Both the position numbers and the translations under genes were made by a program. Positions 37,588 to 51,619 of a stretch of DNA of 64,000 nt are shown here, one piece after another. Source of the stretch: Dendrobates tinctorius (lineage: Eukaryota); NCBI RefSeq assembly GCF_039654945.1, contig NW_027362260.1:1-64000 (forward strand), given 5' to 3'. Position 1 is the stretch's first letter. The number at the start of each line of letters is the position of its first letter. The notes beneath the pieces were generated by a model. It ran no database searches. It was not told the origin of the DNA and was given only the letters and a program-made list of their open reading frames with translations.

Positions 37588-37981
37588 TCAATTTAGAGGT
37601 GAACAGATGTGATGAGCTGAGCGGCGGGAGAAGGGTATTTATGCTCCAGGGCGCGTCCTCATTGGTCTATAGGAAACACGCCCCCTGCACGCCACTGGTT
37701 GTGGCATAAATAAAAGAAGCCAATAAGGACTTGATGTGTGTAACCAATCATTGTGAAGAGTAACTCCGCCTCTCGATCAGTAACCCCGCCCCCTGTTGTC
37801 CCCGCCTCCTCCACGAGGCGGTTCACATCATCCCTTACACACGGAATATGGAGCAGACGCCACTGACGTAAATGCACGGCCGTATCCGTGTACACAGCGC
37901 TGTACAGTGCAGAGCTCGTATTAGCAACAGATCACAACTATCCATCCTGACACTGCGCCCAGCATCAATTATATAATGTAC

Positions 37982-38809
37982 TGGCACTGATCGTACAGCT
38001 CTGCAGGGAGGAGGTGGTGGATCTCATCGTACAGCTCTGCAGGGAGGAGGTGGTGGCACTGATCATACAGCTCTGCTGAGGACAAGGTGGTGGCACTGAT
38101 CATACAGCTCTGCAGGGAGGTGGTGGCACTGATAACACAGCTCTGTAGGGAGGAGGTGGCACTGATCATACAGCTCTGCAGGGAGGAGGTGGTGGCACTG
38201 ATCATACAGCTCTGCTGAGGACAAGGTGGTGGCACTGATCATACAGCTCTGCAGGGAGGTGGTGGCACTGATAACACAGCTCTGTAGGGAGGAGGTGGCA
38301 CTGATCATACAGCTCTGCAGGGAGGTGGTGGCACTGATCACACAGCTCTGCAGGGAGGTGGTGGCACTGATGATACAGCTCTGCAGGGAGGAGGTGATGG
38401 CACTGATGATACAGCTCTGCAGGGAGGTGGTGGCACTGATCACACAGCTCTGCAGGGAGGTGGTGGCACTGATCACACAGCTCTGCAGGGAGGTGGTGGC
38501 ACTGATCATACAGCTCTGCGGGGAGGAGGCGGTGGCACTGATCATACAGCTCGGCAGGGAGGAGGTGGTGGCACTGATCATACAGCTCTGCAGGGAGATG
38601 GTGGCACTGATGATACAGCTCTGCAGGGAGGTGGTGGCACTGATCACACAGCTCTGCAGGGAGGTGGTGGCACTGATCACACAGCTCTGCAGGGAGGTGG
38701 TGGCACTGATCATACAGCTCTGCGGGGAGAAGGCGGTGGCACTGATCATACAGCTCGGCAGGGAGGAGGTGGTGGCACTGATCACACAGCTCTGCAGGGA
38801 GGAGGTGGT
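37982..38809 (-). repeat. 33-37-bp minisatellite (about 24 units) made of the H1 cleavage site and histone downstream element
   Basis: Minus-strand unit ACCACCTCC(TCC)CTGCAGAGCTGTATGATCAGTGCC, starting immediately after the H1 stem-loop. Confidence 0.93.
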
Positions 38810-38825
38810 GGCTCTGATAAGAGCC
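38810..38825 (-). terminator. Histone stem-loop (H1)
   Basis: CAAA-GGCTCTTATCAGAGCC-ACCAC. Confidence 0.95.
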
Positions 38826-38854
38826 TTTGTGGGATGAGGACAGGGCGGCTCCGC

Positions 38855-39490
38855 TTATTTTTTGGCCGCGGGCTTCTTGGCTTTAGCCGCCTTCTTAGCC
38901 GGACTCCTGGCAGCTTTGGGTTTGGCCGCCTTCTTAGCGGGGCTCTTTGTCACCTTCTTGGGCTTAGCCTTCGGCTTTTTGGGGCTCTTAACTGCTTTTT
39001 TGGCCGCTGCGGGCTTCTTGGCCTTTTTCGGGCTCTTCTTGGCCGCGGTCGGAGCCTTCTTGGGCTTCTTCGGGGATTTTGCAGCTTTCTTGGCTGCTGG
39101 TTTCTTGGCTTTGGCCGCAGGCGCCTGCTTCTTCTTGTCCTTGGTCTCCTGCTTCTTGTTCAGCTTGAATGACCCGGAGGCGCCGCTGCCCTTCACCTGG
39201 AGCAGGGCGCCCTTGGTGACCAGACCCCTGACGGCCAGCTTCAGGCGGCTGTTATTCCTCTCCACATCGTACCCTCCAGCAGCCAGAGCCTTCTTCAGGG
39301 CAGCCAGAGACACCCCGCTGCGCTCCTTGGAAGCAGACACGGCTTTGACGATCAGCTCGGACACGCTGGGGCCAGAGGGCTTTTTGCTCTTCTTGGCGAC
39401 CCCTGCGGAGGATTTTTTCGGCTGCTTCTTGGATTTGGTGGCCGGTTCGGCAGGAGGAGGAGGAGCGGCGGCTGGCGCGGTCTCTGCCAT
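38855..39490 (-). CDS. H1: Linker histone H1, about 211 aa
   Basis: [15 protein letters not shown]...; globular domain [28 protein letters not shown]...[12 protein letters not shown]; K/A/P-rich tail with SPKK motifs. Confidence 0.97.
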   Translation of the reverse strand: MAETAPAAAPPPPAEPATKSKKQPKKSSAGVAKKSKKPSGPSVSELIVKAVSASKERSGVSLAALKKALAAGGYDVERNNSRLKLAVRGLVTKGALLQVKGSGASGSFKLNKKQETKDKKKQAPAAKAKKPAAKKAAKSPKKPKKAPTAAKKSPKKAKKPAAAKKAVKSPKKPKAKPKKVTKSPAKKAAKPKAARSPAKKAAKAKKPAAKK

Positions 39491-40129
39491 CATATAATCA
39501 ACAACAAACACAAAGTGCTGAAAGAAAAATTACTAAGGACGGAGCGGGAGCCGCCTCAAATATGTACAGTCACACTGCGCACTGATTGGCTGCCCCTCCT
39601 GAGCTTCTATTGGCTGACACTGGTCACAGGCCCCGCCCCTCCTGTCTGAGACGGGTGAAGCTCCGCTCTCCCCTTGTGCTTCCTTGCCCGGGATAAGCGA
39701 CCATTACCGGTCAGGACCGGGCAGCAGAGCCGCTGTGTCAGTGTCCTCCTCCTCACTGACATCTCCCCCACATGTCTATAGCCGTCACTGGCGGAGGAGG
39801 CAGTAAGGAGCCGGGAAGAGCCCCGGAATCTCCCCATAGTCCTCCTGGCCGCACATCATTCTGTATCGGGGAAGATGAATCTGCTGCGGGAGCTCGCTCC
39901 TTCTGTTCCCGGCACCTGTCACTATCACAGGGATCTGTACCACAATCTGTACCGTGCAGGAAGCTGATTGGACGATGGGAGAACGACCTGGAGCTGCTGA
40001 GAGGTCGGAAGGAGACACAGACGGCGGCTCCGCTCCCTGCAGCTTCTGGCCTGTATATATATATATATATATATATATATCCAGTGTGTGGGCTTGTGGA
40101 TCAGGAGCGCGGAGTCCAGAATATCTGAT

Positions 40130-40660
40130 GTGTGGAATATACAGCGCTATATGGAGGGTACACGTCCCTCTATGGGGGAGTACAGCCGTCAATGAGGGTG
40201 TACCCTAATATAAGGGGAGTATACAGCACTATATTCTAGACTACGATACTATATGGAGGGTTGTCAGCACTATATGGCGGTATACAATACTACTTGAAGG
40301 TTATACAGCACAATATGTCGGTACATAACAGTATTTGGCAGCTTACAGCACTACATGGGGGTATACAGCGATATATGATGGGATAAAGAACAATATGGAG
40401 GGCCCACAGCACTTTCTGGAGAGTATTTAGCTATATATGGGGGCATACAGCGATATATGTAGGTATCAGCACTACCTTATCCTCAGTTACTATATGGAGG
40501 GTATCCAGCACTATATGCGGGTGTTCTGTAGATGACACAGGTTTATAGAGGAGAAATGCAGCACTAGATGGGGAGTATACAGCACATGTAGCCTTTGTAG
40601 TGCTGTATACCACCTAGTAGGGAGGATGGTGGATGTACAGCACCGTACTGGGGGTGTATA
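40130..40660. repeat. Degenerate repeat of about 20 bp (TATACAGCACTATATGGGGG-like); (AT)n at 40054-40080
   Basis: Recurrent CAGCACTATATGG variants. Confidence 0.6.
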
Positions 40661-41744
40661 TTTTTGCAATCCTAGTGCCCGCAGTTCCAGGGCTGATCAG
40701 TGTCAACTCCGCTTCCAGCAGTGATCGGAGCGGACGCCACACGGAGACCCGGTAACCTTATACAAGGGCGGCTCCGTGTGGGCTCCGCATCCAGCACAGA
40801 TCGGATGATACAATCCGCACATGTTCTACCAGGAGGAGCCCGATGTGCTGAACCCGGGGAAATGACGAGCAGCAGATACAGGAGCAATAAGGGGTTAAAC
40901 GGAGGAGGAAGCACGTCTATCGGTGATTGGTCGATTCCTGTGGGCGGGGCTTTAGATCCGTTTGATAATTTGAATCTCCCGCTCAGTCGTGTTCTCGGCG
41001 CTCGATCATTAACCCTTCAGTGACTGTGCTCTGCTTGTGGAAGAGACACCATTTCCCGATCACTGTCAGGAGTGAGCGGCCATTATTCCTGTGGACCTTG
41101 CGGTAAAGTGAGACTGTATTAACCCTCTCACTCCCCAGACCGGTGCCGGCTGCTCATTATCTCACCAATCACAGTTATGGATATTTTATGTAGGCATCTT
41201 GTATGCGAGACGTCTCCTCCTCTGGAGGATGGAGCTCCCACACTCCGCAATACACCGGCTCCGGACCCGCGTCATCTCCAGTCCTCTCTCCGGTCCGCCG
41301 GGCTCGGATGACGGCGCTGTACACTCCGGGGGCGGATTTCCCCTCTGTTCTCTCTTCAGGCTCCGGTTAATGATAAATAAGAAAAGACACAAGCAGCCTC
41401 CCCCGTCATGAGGGGAACGAGCCGCTAATGTCCGGCTGAATCCATCAGCCCCGGCACAGGAGAGCGCTGCCGGCTGGAGCCGCACAGTCCTCGGTATTAG
41501 GAGCAGTCAGGAAGTCACGGTCAGTGTCCACATGTAGATGGTAAATGAGGAGGGAGACAGTGATGAGATGCAGGCGCTGGACACCGGGAAGCCGCCACTA
41601 ATAAGGGGGCGCAGAGTCACCGGTACAGGATGTGACCGCTCCGCACTGGATTTACACCGATCCTGAGAAATAGGATCTGACCCAACTCCCTCACCTCAAT
41701 CATCCGATACCAGGAATTGTCGCTTCTCCAGGACACATGTGGGC

Positions 41745-41800
41745 GGCTCTGAGAAGAGCCTGGGGGGTGAGGATGGAGCGGAGAAGCATTAACACCCCCA
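41745..41800 (-). other. Orphan H4 3' UTR and stem-loop with no coding sequence
   Basis: Minus strand TTAATGCTTCTCCGCTCCATCCTCACCCCCCA-GGCTCTTCTCAGAGCC-GCCCACAT, nearly identical to the H4 3' UTR at 42217-42271. Confidence 0.85.
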
Positions 41801-42222
41801 TATAGTGCAGTATTCATCTAAATAGCGCTGTGAAGCTCGATATACTGCTGTGTACAGGGCTGCAAACCTCCTGTAATGCAGAACCCCCACACACAGCTGT
41901 AAACCTTCCATATAGAACTAGATTAAAAAAAAGGCTGTTTGCGGCCATTTAATGCTCAATACCCGCTATATAGCTACGACTCCCATTAATACACTGCAGT
42001 GTACCCTCAGAGTGCAGTAAATGTCTATACTGTGATGTAGCCTCTATAAAGCGCTCTAGATATTTCATCCATACAGTAATTCATGACCCATATAGCGCTG
42101 TATATCCAGGTAACCATCTGTTTTAACCGCTGATGTCACATAACACCGCAAAATACACGCAATCTCCCTCCCTGGCCACATCACACAGCGGAGATCATAG
42201 CTTTTTCTTAGTAGATGTGGGC

Positions 42223-42238
42223 GGCTCTGATAAGAGCC
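42223..42238 (-). terminator. Histone stem-loop (H4)
   Basis: CCAAA-GGCTCTTATCAGAGCC-GCCCA...AAGAAAAAGCTATG. Confidence 0.95.
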
Positions 42239-42268
42239 TTTGGGGGGTGAGGATGGAGCGGAGACGCA

Positions 42269-42604
<336 letters not shown>

Positions 42605-43913
42605 CTATGACTGATGAGCGCAGAGTCCTTCCTTTATATAGAAGAATGCAGACCGGAGCGAGGACTGGCGAGATGACGTGTTCCGGGGCGGGATTTCAAG
42701 TATGGAATTCGCAGTTAGCTCCTCCCCTTCTCCTCTGATTGGCTGCGCACAGGACAGTTGGCGATTTTGAATTCCCCGCTCTTATTTTGTAGTTTTTCCC
42801 GCTTCTGTATTTGTGTAACATAAGAGTCAATAAAACTCCTCATCTCGGCGCCGCTGCTGCTCGGAGACACAAAATTATTTGTTTCTCCATTAATGTCAAT
42901 GTGAGATTCAGGCTGGAAATTAATCAATCTCTGGGAGATCATCATCGATCAGACGCCTCCACCGGTCTGGAGAGGAAAGGGTGGGTGACGTCAGAGGAAA
43001 ATCAGCTGCTGCCCGGTAAGTTACCTGGTTGTCTCCACACACGGATCTGTGATGACCTTTCCTATAGAGAAATCATGCGGACAACCTCTAATGACCGCAG
43101 AGAAACGGAGCAAAACTCCGCCGTCAGGAACCAACCAAACCGCAAAAACGACTTCCACCTCTATTTAACGCTCACATGCGATCACCACATCCAGCTGATC
43201 ACAGACTCCTGTATAAAGGGGACTAAATCTCAGAAGAGACAGAACAATGTCGGACTACAGACCTCTGACCGTACAGGAACGAAGAGACCTCATGGATTGG
43301 TCTTCCTCTGACAATGGAGGCATCAGGACCCCGGAGCAGACCTCAGTCACAGGGCAGTGAAGCCCCCGCCCTCCTCCTGGACGAGCTGCTGCAGGGTTTA
43401 TGGCCACAGCTGCTCCTCTCCTCACAGTTCTGCTTCTCATCACTCGTCTTCTCGGCTGGATGATTTCTGTGTTGTGGATAAATAGGAGACTCCTCAGATC
43501 GTTACCCGCAGCCTGATGAACAGACCTGAGGAGTCTCCACAGCTGCAATCCACCAGCTCTTCACTCCGCCATTAAGGTCTCAACCTCTGAGGACATAAAC
43601 TGTAACACTTCATCCAGCTGTAACTCCAGGGTAAAGTCTCCATGTGGCGACAAGTCTCTGGAGCTGCGGATACTATGGCTGTGGATGGGAGGAAGTGTGG
43701 AGCATGCGGGGCTGTCAGTACATTCCTCTCACTACCACCCTCATCATCCTCACCTCCAGCCCTGCGCTTCATAACTGCAGATGTAAGTGGTGTCTGTCTC
43801 CCGCCCCAGTGCGCAGGAGCTGCCGGTCAGGAGAAACCGCTACAGATGTGAGATCAAGACAAGGACCTAAAAAAAAGCAGCGGAGGAGCAGCTCTAATGG
43901 TGAGGGGGTGGGC

Positions 43914-43929
43914 GGCTCTTAGAAGAGCC
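43914..43929 (-). terminator. Histone stem-loop (H2B copy 2)
   Basis: GGCTCTTCTAAGAGCC. Confidence 0.95.
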
Positions 43930-43953
43930 TTTGGGGTGATGGCGGAGCNNNNN

Positions 43954-44430
<477 letters not shown>

Positions 44431-44588
44431 TCAGACTGCGGTCTATTGGGAGACAAAGTCATGTGACCAACGGAACCGTGAGTCGCTCCGCCCACTGCAG
44501 CTCATTGGTGGCTCCACAAGTCTGATTTACATTGGTAGCTTGTGATCCATCCAATGACAGGAGAGGAGGGCGGGGCAGATGATTATAA

Positions 44589-45065
<477 letters not shown>

Positions 45066-45097
45066 GCGCTGCCGCCGATCCCACCTACACAACCAAA

Positions 45098-45113
45098 GGC
45101 TCTTCTAAGAGCC
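45098..45113 (+). terminator. Histone stem-loop (H2A copy 2)
   Basis: GGCTCTTCTAAGAGCC-ACCCA. Confidence 0.95.
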
Positions 45114-46374
45114 ACCCACCCCGTCACCACCAGAGCTGACGCCGCTGATCTCGGGTCCTCACATTCCAGACACCACGGGCTGCCGCCACCAGTCTGTAGG
45201 TTGCTGCGCACACTGGAATCCGTTGTGCGGTTTCTACCCAAAACACTGGAGTGTCGGGAGATGAATGGGACAATATCATATGAAGCCTCAGACCTGTGGG
45301 GGGAGAGGAGTCCCTCATTAGTGTCTGATCCTCCGGCCCCTGACATCGCTGTGGAGATAACACGCAGTGATCACGTATCGGGGGGGGAGTTGGCGGCCGC
45401 TGCCGGCGATTCTACACATCAGTGACTGCGGCTCCTCCCGGAGGACGATCCCGTGATGGCGGCTCTGGAGGGCTGGACTCAGCGCGGTTCTCGGGTGACC
45501 GGATTGTGATCTCCACTGTCAGCCGTGACCGGTAATAATCCTCCGCGGAACAAGAGCGGGAACTTCAAATCCCCCAACGGATCCTGTGATCAGACAATGA
45601 GCGGGAATCCTCGGTAAAGCGCCGTCCTCACTGACGTACATAGACGTCTTTCCTCCTCCGTTTAACTCCTTACTTGCCGTGTTGCTGTTCTCCCCTTATT
45701 TAGCAGTGTCCACAGATGCGGCACCTTCTCCCCAGCCCCCTCCAGCGCTCACATCGGGCTCCTCCAGAGCATCTGCTGCTTGCAGCCCCCTGTAATCACT
45801 GCAGACACAACTGGGAGTCCTGATAATACTTACTAAAAGGGTTAACCCCACAATAGTGTAGTGTAATCAGCCGCAGGCTTCACTGAACAAATACTAAGTA
45901 ACGCAGAAAAATAAGAATTAATAAAGCCAATAAACCACGAATCCTCCTGCTTTTCTTTCATTGCTAAAATATCACAGATCAAAGCATCATACCTAGTGAG
46001 GAGCGAGCAGTAAAGAGCTCGGGTGCTCGTTCGGGTTGAGCAAATTTGAATACTCAGGTACTTGGACAGAACAACGAGCCCAATGTAAGTGCATGGGAGA
46101 CCCCAGCATTTCTACATGGATCCCCCCCGAGGGTCCTTTTCAGGTCTAAAAACATCTGAAAATGATGGAAACACTGCTGCAATGACAGGGGACATCATGG
46201 GGATCACCCCTGGAAGCATTCCTGACTCCTAGGTCACGGCTTTATCATTGTAGCATTTACCAACCCTAGGTGGCCATGTGGTGTGTGACACATAAGCAGA
46301 CACATCTTGTTTCATTTATGAGGAGGGACTCTGAAAGACAAGTGTAAAGATCGATGTTTCAAATATATCCCTAC

Positions 46375-48938
46375 TAGTGTTGAGCATTCCGATACTGCAA
46401 ATATCTGGTATCGGCCGATATTCGCTATATCGGAATTCCGATACCGAGTACCGATATTTTTTCAATATCGGAATCGGAAGTTCCCATAATGCAAAGAGCC
46501 ACTGCTGTGGCTCTGATTGGCTGCCGAAATGATGTCATCATGATGCGCCGTCAGTTCGAGCCTTCCGGGGGAGGGGGGGTCTTTGCAGACTGCCCGGGGT
46601 TCTGTGCGGACTGCCGGGGTCCGTACCGGCCTCCCGGTGGTCTGTGCCGACTGCCCTGGGGGCTGTGCCGGCCTGCCGGTGGTCTGGCCGACTGCCCGGG
46701 GGTCTGTGCGGACTGCCGTGGGTCTGTACCGGGCTGCCGGGGGGCTGTGCCGACTGTCCGGGGGTCTGTGCAGGCTGCGGGGGTCTGTGCAGGATCGTCC
46801 GATGGGACTACAAGTCTCATCGGGCGATGCCTGCTACCATGACGGTGATTGACACATTAACCAATGATGGGACAGTAGTAGTCCCATCATCCGGCCTATG
46901 TGTTGAATGTAAAAAAAAAAAAACATACTACATACATGCAACATGCATACTACATATATACCACATATACCGGGTGTTAGGGTCGGCGGAACGCACCAGA
47001 TATAAATAATGGAAGGCGCGTTCGCCGCCCGGGGTCCACCGTGCGGTAGATGACAAGACCGCTGCTGGACAATGGCAGATACGCTAGAAGTGCGAAACAG
47101 CGCTCGGGTTAACGTCACCCGAGAGCGGACTCTGTTTAGTCACAGAGACGCCAAAGTATGAACTAGACGTAAAGGCTGAACCTGTTAGCTGCACAGGTCA
47201 GCCGGCGTGTGGCGTCGCAGCTGCGAACACCAAAAGCTGCTACTACTGCAGCGCGGCCGTAACTGAAGCCGCTAAGCGACGATGCCGGAGGAGCCGGGCA
47301 CCGACGGACGCTAGTGTAGGTGAGGAAGGCTCAGTGGCGTGTAGCCTGCCACAATCTGGAGCTGACTAACCCAACATACTGTCACCATTCGTAATATCCG
47401 AGGGAAGGGGTTTCATAATAAGTCAGACACCAGTCCATGCATCCATCACCATACACACACAGAATAATATGCTACACTAGCGCATGGCCGAGCCGCCATG
47501 CAGGCTTTTTATAGCCATGCGCTTCCGGGACCTTCCAGTACTATAGGAAGGACCAATCAGATCCGACATAGGACCTTCACATGTGACCCCTGCTCTCCAC
47601 TGAGAGGACAAGTTGCGGGCATGCCCAGTCGCACGGCGCGAGGACTTAGCCTCTAGAGCAGTTCCCTGCAAAGCAGGTTGCGTTATCATTGCTGCACCAG
47701 AGGTGGCAGCAACATCCAGGCTCACAGAACGAGTCTGCGGGGAATGCCTGGTTCGCCGAGATTGCTGAGCAGGAGTCCGAGCGGTCGGAGGAGAATGGGA
47801 GACCGCAGGATGTCTGGCTCTGGATTCCTGCTGTGCAGTGCCAGGAATCCGACGCCTAACACCGGGGGTCTGTGCTGGCCTGCCGGTGGTCTGTACCGGC
47901 CTACCGGGGGGCTGTGTCGACCGTCCGGGGGTCTGTGCAGGCTGCAGGGGTCTGTGCAGGCTGCGGGGGTCTGTGCAGGATCGTCCGATGGGACTACAAG
48001 TCCCATCGGGCGATGCCTGCTACCATGACGGTGATTGACACATTAGCCAATGATGGGACAGTAGTAGTCCCATCATACGACCTATGTGTTGAATGTAAAA
48101 AAAAAAAATGCATATATACCACATGCATACTACACATATACCGGGAGTCTGTACAGACTGTCTGGGGGTCTGTGCAGGTTGCGGGGGTCTGTGCAGGATC
48201 ATCCGATGGGACTACAAGTCCCGTCGGGCGATGCCTGCTACCATGACGGTGATTGACACATTAGCCAATGAGGGGAGAGTAGTAGTCCCATCATCCGGCC
48301 TATGTGTTGAATGTAAAAAAAAATGCATAATACATACTACAAATATACCAGCCCCCCGGCAGAATGCTCAGACCCCCGGACAGTCGGTACAGACCGCCGG
48401 CACAGTGGTATATATGTTGCATCCATGTAGTATGTATGTTGCATATATGTAGTATGTATTTTTTTTTTTTTTTTACATTCAACACATAAGCCAGATGATG
48501 GGACTACTACTGTCCCATCATTGGCTAATGTGTCAATCACCGTCATGGTAGCAGGCATCGCCCGATGGGACTTGTAGTCCCATCAGACGATCCTGCACAG
48601 ACCCCCGGACAGTTGGCACAGACCACTGGCAGGCCGGCACAGCCCCCCGCAGCCTGCACAGACACCCGGACAGTCGGTACAGACCACCGGCAGTCCGCAC
48701 AGACCCCCAGGTAGTCGGCACAGACCCCTGGAAGATCCGTACACCCCCCCCCCCCCCCCCCCCCCCGAGAGGCTGTACAAGGAGAGAAAAGGGTTTCTCT
48801 TATTCCGATACCGGAAGTCCCATAGACTTGAATGGGACTTCCGGTATCGGAATCGGCGATACCCGATACTTTTTTCGTATCGCGCCGATACCATCCGATC
48901 CGATATTTTAGGGTATCGGATAGTATCGCTCAACACTA
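46375..48938. mobile_element. Complete non-autonomous hAT (MITE) with internal duplications and a nested solo LTR
   Basis: TAGTGTTGAGC...GCTCAACACTA with perfect TSD ATCCCTAC (46367-46374 / 48939-48946). Confidence 0.95.
46975..47861 (-). mobile_element. Solo LTR (887 bp), probably Ty3/Gypsy or BEL
   Basis: TGTTAGG...CCTAACA termini, 5-bp TSD CCGGG; minus-strand CCAAT/TATAAAA near 47505-47555 (strand tentative). Confidence 0.85.
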
Positions 48939-49768
48939 ATCCCTACTTAAAAGTGTGTGTATTTTACATGTGCGGCAGGTTGGGCTAGTAGAGTAAACCA
49001 GATTTATTTGTACTGATTTTACTCTGGGGGGCGCCATTTTGTAGTTCGCCTCAGGCAGCAGAGAGACTAGGTTGACCCCTGGGGCAAGAGTAACATAGTG
49101 TTACATAAAAAAGACAAATGTAATAACAAAAGTCAAAATCAATGTGTAGAACTTTTATTTTTAAAATTTTATGTTTGATTTTAACACAAAGCAGAAATTA
49201 GAAGGCAAAGGAGGCTTTCATCAATGTTTTCCTAAAATACAGTACATTGGATTGGGGATAAGAGGCTGAACACTGGACTAGAGGAAGGGGCTCAGGGAGC
49301 TCTAATTGTCCATGGGGGCACACAATCCCTGCTTTGCCCCAAGGTACTTGATGCCCATAATTTAGGTTACTTTATGGTTTCTACATGGAAGTCAATTAGG
49401 TTTATAATACACCTGACAGAGAACCTGGAGAACAATCCTAACCGCATCCTGCCCGCAAAGCTGAGGGTTTACCACAGTGGTATCCTCCGTGGGGTAAACA
49501 CATGACGACATATCTCTGCTCAGAATATTGTGTTACACTCTATCAGTCTGTTTCCCACAGAGGATTGTCTGGATACGATTGCAGCAATCCCTCAGCTGTG
49601 AAAAGTATAAAGCTAATCAAGACTTTTACTCTGCAGATGTGAACAAGATTCTTTTCATTCATTGAAAGAGGAAGCAGAGCTTTCAGAAATGGGAAGAAAA
49701 ATGAAATCTAGGTCCATGAAGTTCTGATCTCTTTATTTCTGAGTTGTGCTGGTGTCTCACGTCTGCGG

Positions 49769-49801
49769 TTACAGGACTGAGCTCTTCAGGATTGTCAGGA
49801 G
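49769..49801 (-). pseudogene. Original C-terminal codons of the Ly6 gene, separated by the hAT insertion
   Basis: CTC CTG ACA ATC CTG AAG AGC TCA GTC CTG TAA = LLTILKSSVL*; removing the element and one TSD restores ...LALGSLLTILKSSVL*; AATAAA near 49735. Confidence 0.85.
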
Positions 49802-51619
49802 TAGAGTTGAGCGACTTTTGGTTTTTTAGGGTCGCGTTTCGTTTCGTGAAACCCGACTTTTCCAAAAGTCGGGTCGAGCAAGATCGTCCGATTATAGGGA
49901 AAAGTCGGGGTCGTCCCGAAACACGAAACCCAATGTAAGTCAATGGGGAATAAAAGTCGGCAGTGTGAGGAGGACAGGAAACACACCTACAGTGCCCATT
50001 TGAATGCCAAATGCATCAATTCTTCTTACTTAAGCTTGTCAACCTTAATTAACTTCATAATACATGTTACGCACTGAAAAATGGGGGTTATTTGGCTAAA
50101 GTTGTGGGGGGGGAGGGCTGGCTCCAGGTTTTCATGTGCCCTGGGCGAAAGAGCGCCCCTTTAACACATAATACCACAACTCATGATGCTCCGATACGGC
50201 AGAGAAATAGCGGTATAGTACAATGAAAAATACTTCACTTTTTACATCTCATGACGAGGCCCATCTATTTCTCCATACAGAATCATTGGTCCCATATAAT
50301 GTTTGAAACAGTATATGATGAGCTCCACATAATGCTACAGTATATGTTGGTCCCCATGGATGAAGCTCCACTGTCTTATGGGCCCAAATAATGCTCCAAA
50401 CATAATGGGCCCCATTTCTAATGCTCTAGTGTATAATGGGCCCTGTAAATGCTGCTCCAGTGTCTGATGTCCACCTTTGGAATGTTCCAGTGTATCATTC
50501 TCCAGAGTATAGCGCTCCTCAAAAATTGCTGTCCCAACATTGAAAACAATGAAATAAGTCTCCTCGCTAGGGAATCCCTGTACTTGTCTGGACTCCTCGT
50601 CGTCCCCATCTTCCATCTCACTGCACAGTATTTCAACCTTGCAAGTGCTGTGATCCTGAGCAAGCAGGGGGGGCTCACTCGTTGGTGACGGCACTGGCAC
50701 AGGGCCTCTGATAGTACGGTGGTGTGTCTGATGGCGGGTGGGCCGAACCTGCACTTTCATCTGCAGCTTCCTCTTTGTCACGGTGTAAGATGGAGCTGTA
50801 TATGGGAAGGGTAACCTGAGTTTCATCAGGGTCAGATTCAGGCCGTGTAGCGTGCGAGGGGAATGTAGTGGTCTGGGTCAATGTACCAGCAGATTCATCG
50901 AGCAGTGGCTGGGCATCAGTGCACTTGTGTCGCCCCCAGGAGTACGGTCGCCACAGTGGCATTACCTTCCTCCTAGGGAGTGTGATGTCATGCTTGGGAG
51001 CAACGAACGATCTCTCTAGCAGGTTAACTGATTGGGCGGCGTTATTCCCACGAGTCATGACCCTCCAAACAGCGTTCATGAAGGCAAAGTGTTTGTTTTA
51101 CGTGGGCAGTAAGGTTGCAAAGCTGAACCTTAAAGGAATGTCCAGAAGGGCACCACCAGGAGTGGAGCCTAGGGTTAAATTCGACTCCACCTGGGAAACC
51201 TCAAACATGCCAGCTACAGAACAGATGCACACATTGCAAGCTTAATTCCGTTAACGAACGAGACTCCGTCATGCCCCGCGGTCCGAGTCCGGCTTACTAG
51301 AGGGACACGTGAGTCTCTGGCACATGAGATTGGCCAATAACTGGTGTGTCATGCCCTTACATGTCCGTGGCTGCATGTGCGCTACACTGAAAAGGCCAGC
51401 GTTTGTCGCTTACAGGTGCAGATAACCCGCTGAACAACGTTAGTGATGGTGATCACTGATTACAATTATTACCCGCGAACAATGATTTCCCAGGAAGTGC
51501 AGGTCAACTGAAGTTCCGGAATTAGGCCTAACCGTCATTCCTGAAAAAATGAAAAACTTACGTGTGCAAACCACAGGTGCTGTAGCTTGCTTAACAGCTC
51601 GCCAGCTGTTCTCACGCCC

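Noticed and set aside
38063-38837. 203-240-aa repetitive ORFs (LQSCMISATTS / VALIIQLCRE)
   Set aside because: By-product of 33/36-bp units; the repeat derives from the non-coding H1 3' processing region.
38862-39497. Hydrophobic 211-aa ORF antisense to H1, and similar antisense ORFs on H2A, H3 and H4
   Set aside because: Shadow frames of GC-rich, codon-biased histone genes.
42811-43860. Short ORFs between H4 and H2B
   Set aside because: No recognisable domain, splice pattern or counterpart in the paralogous spacer.
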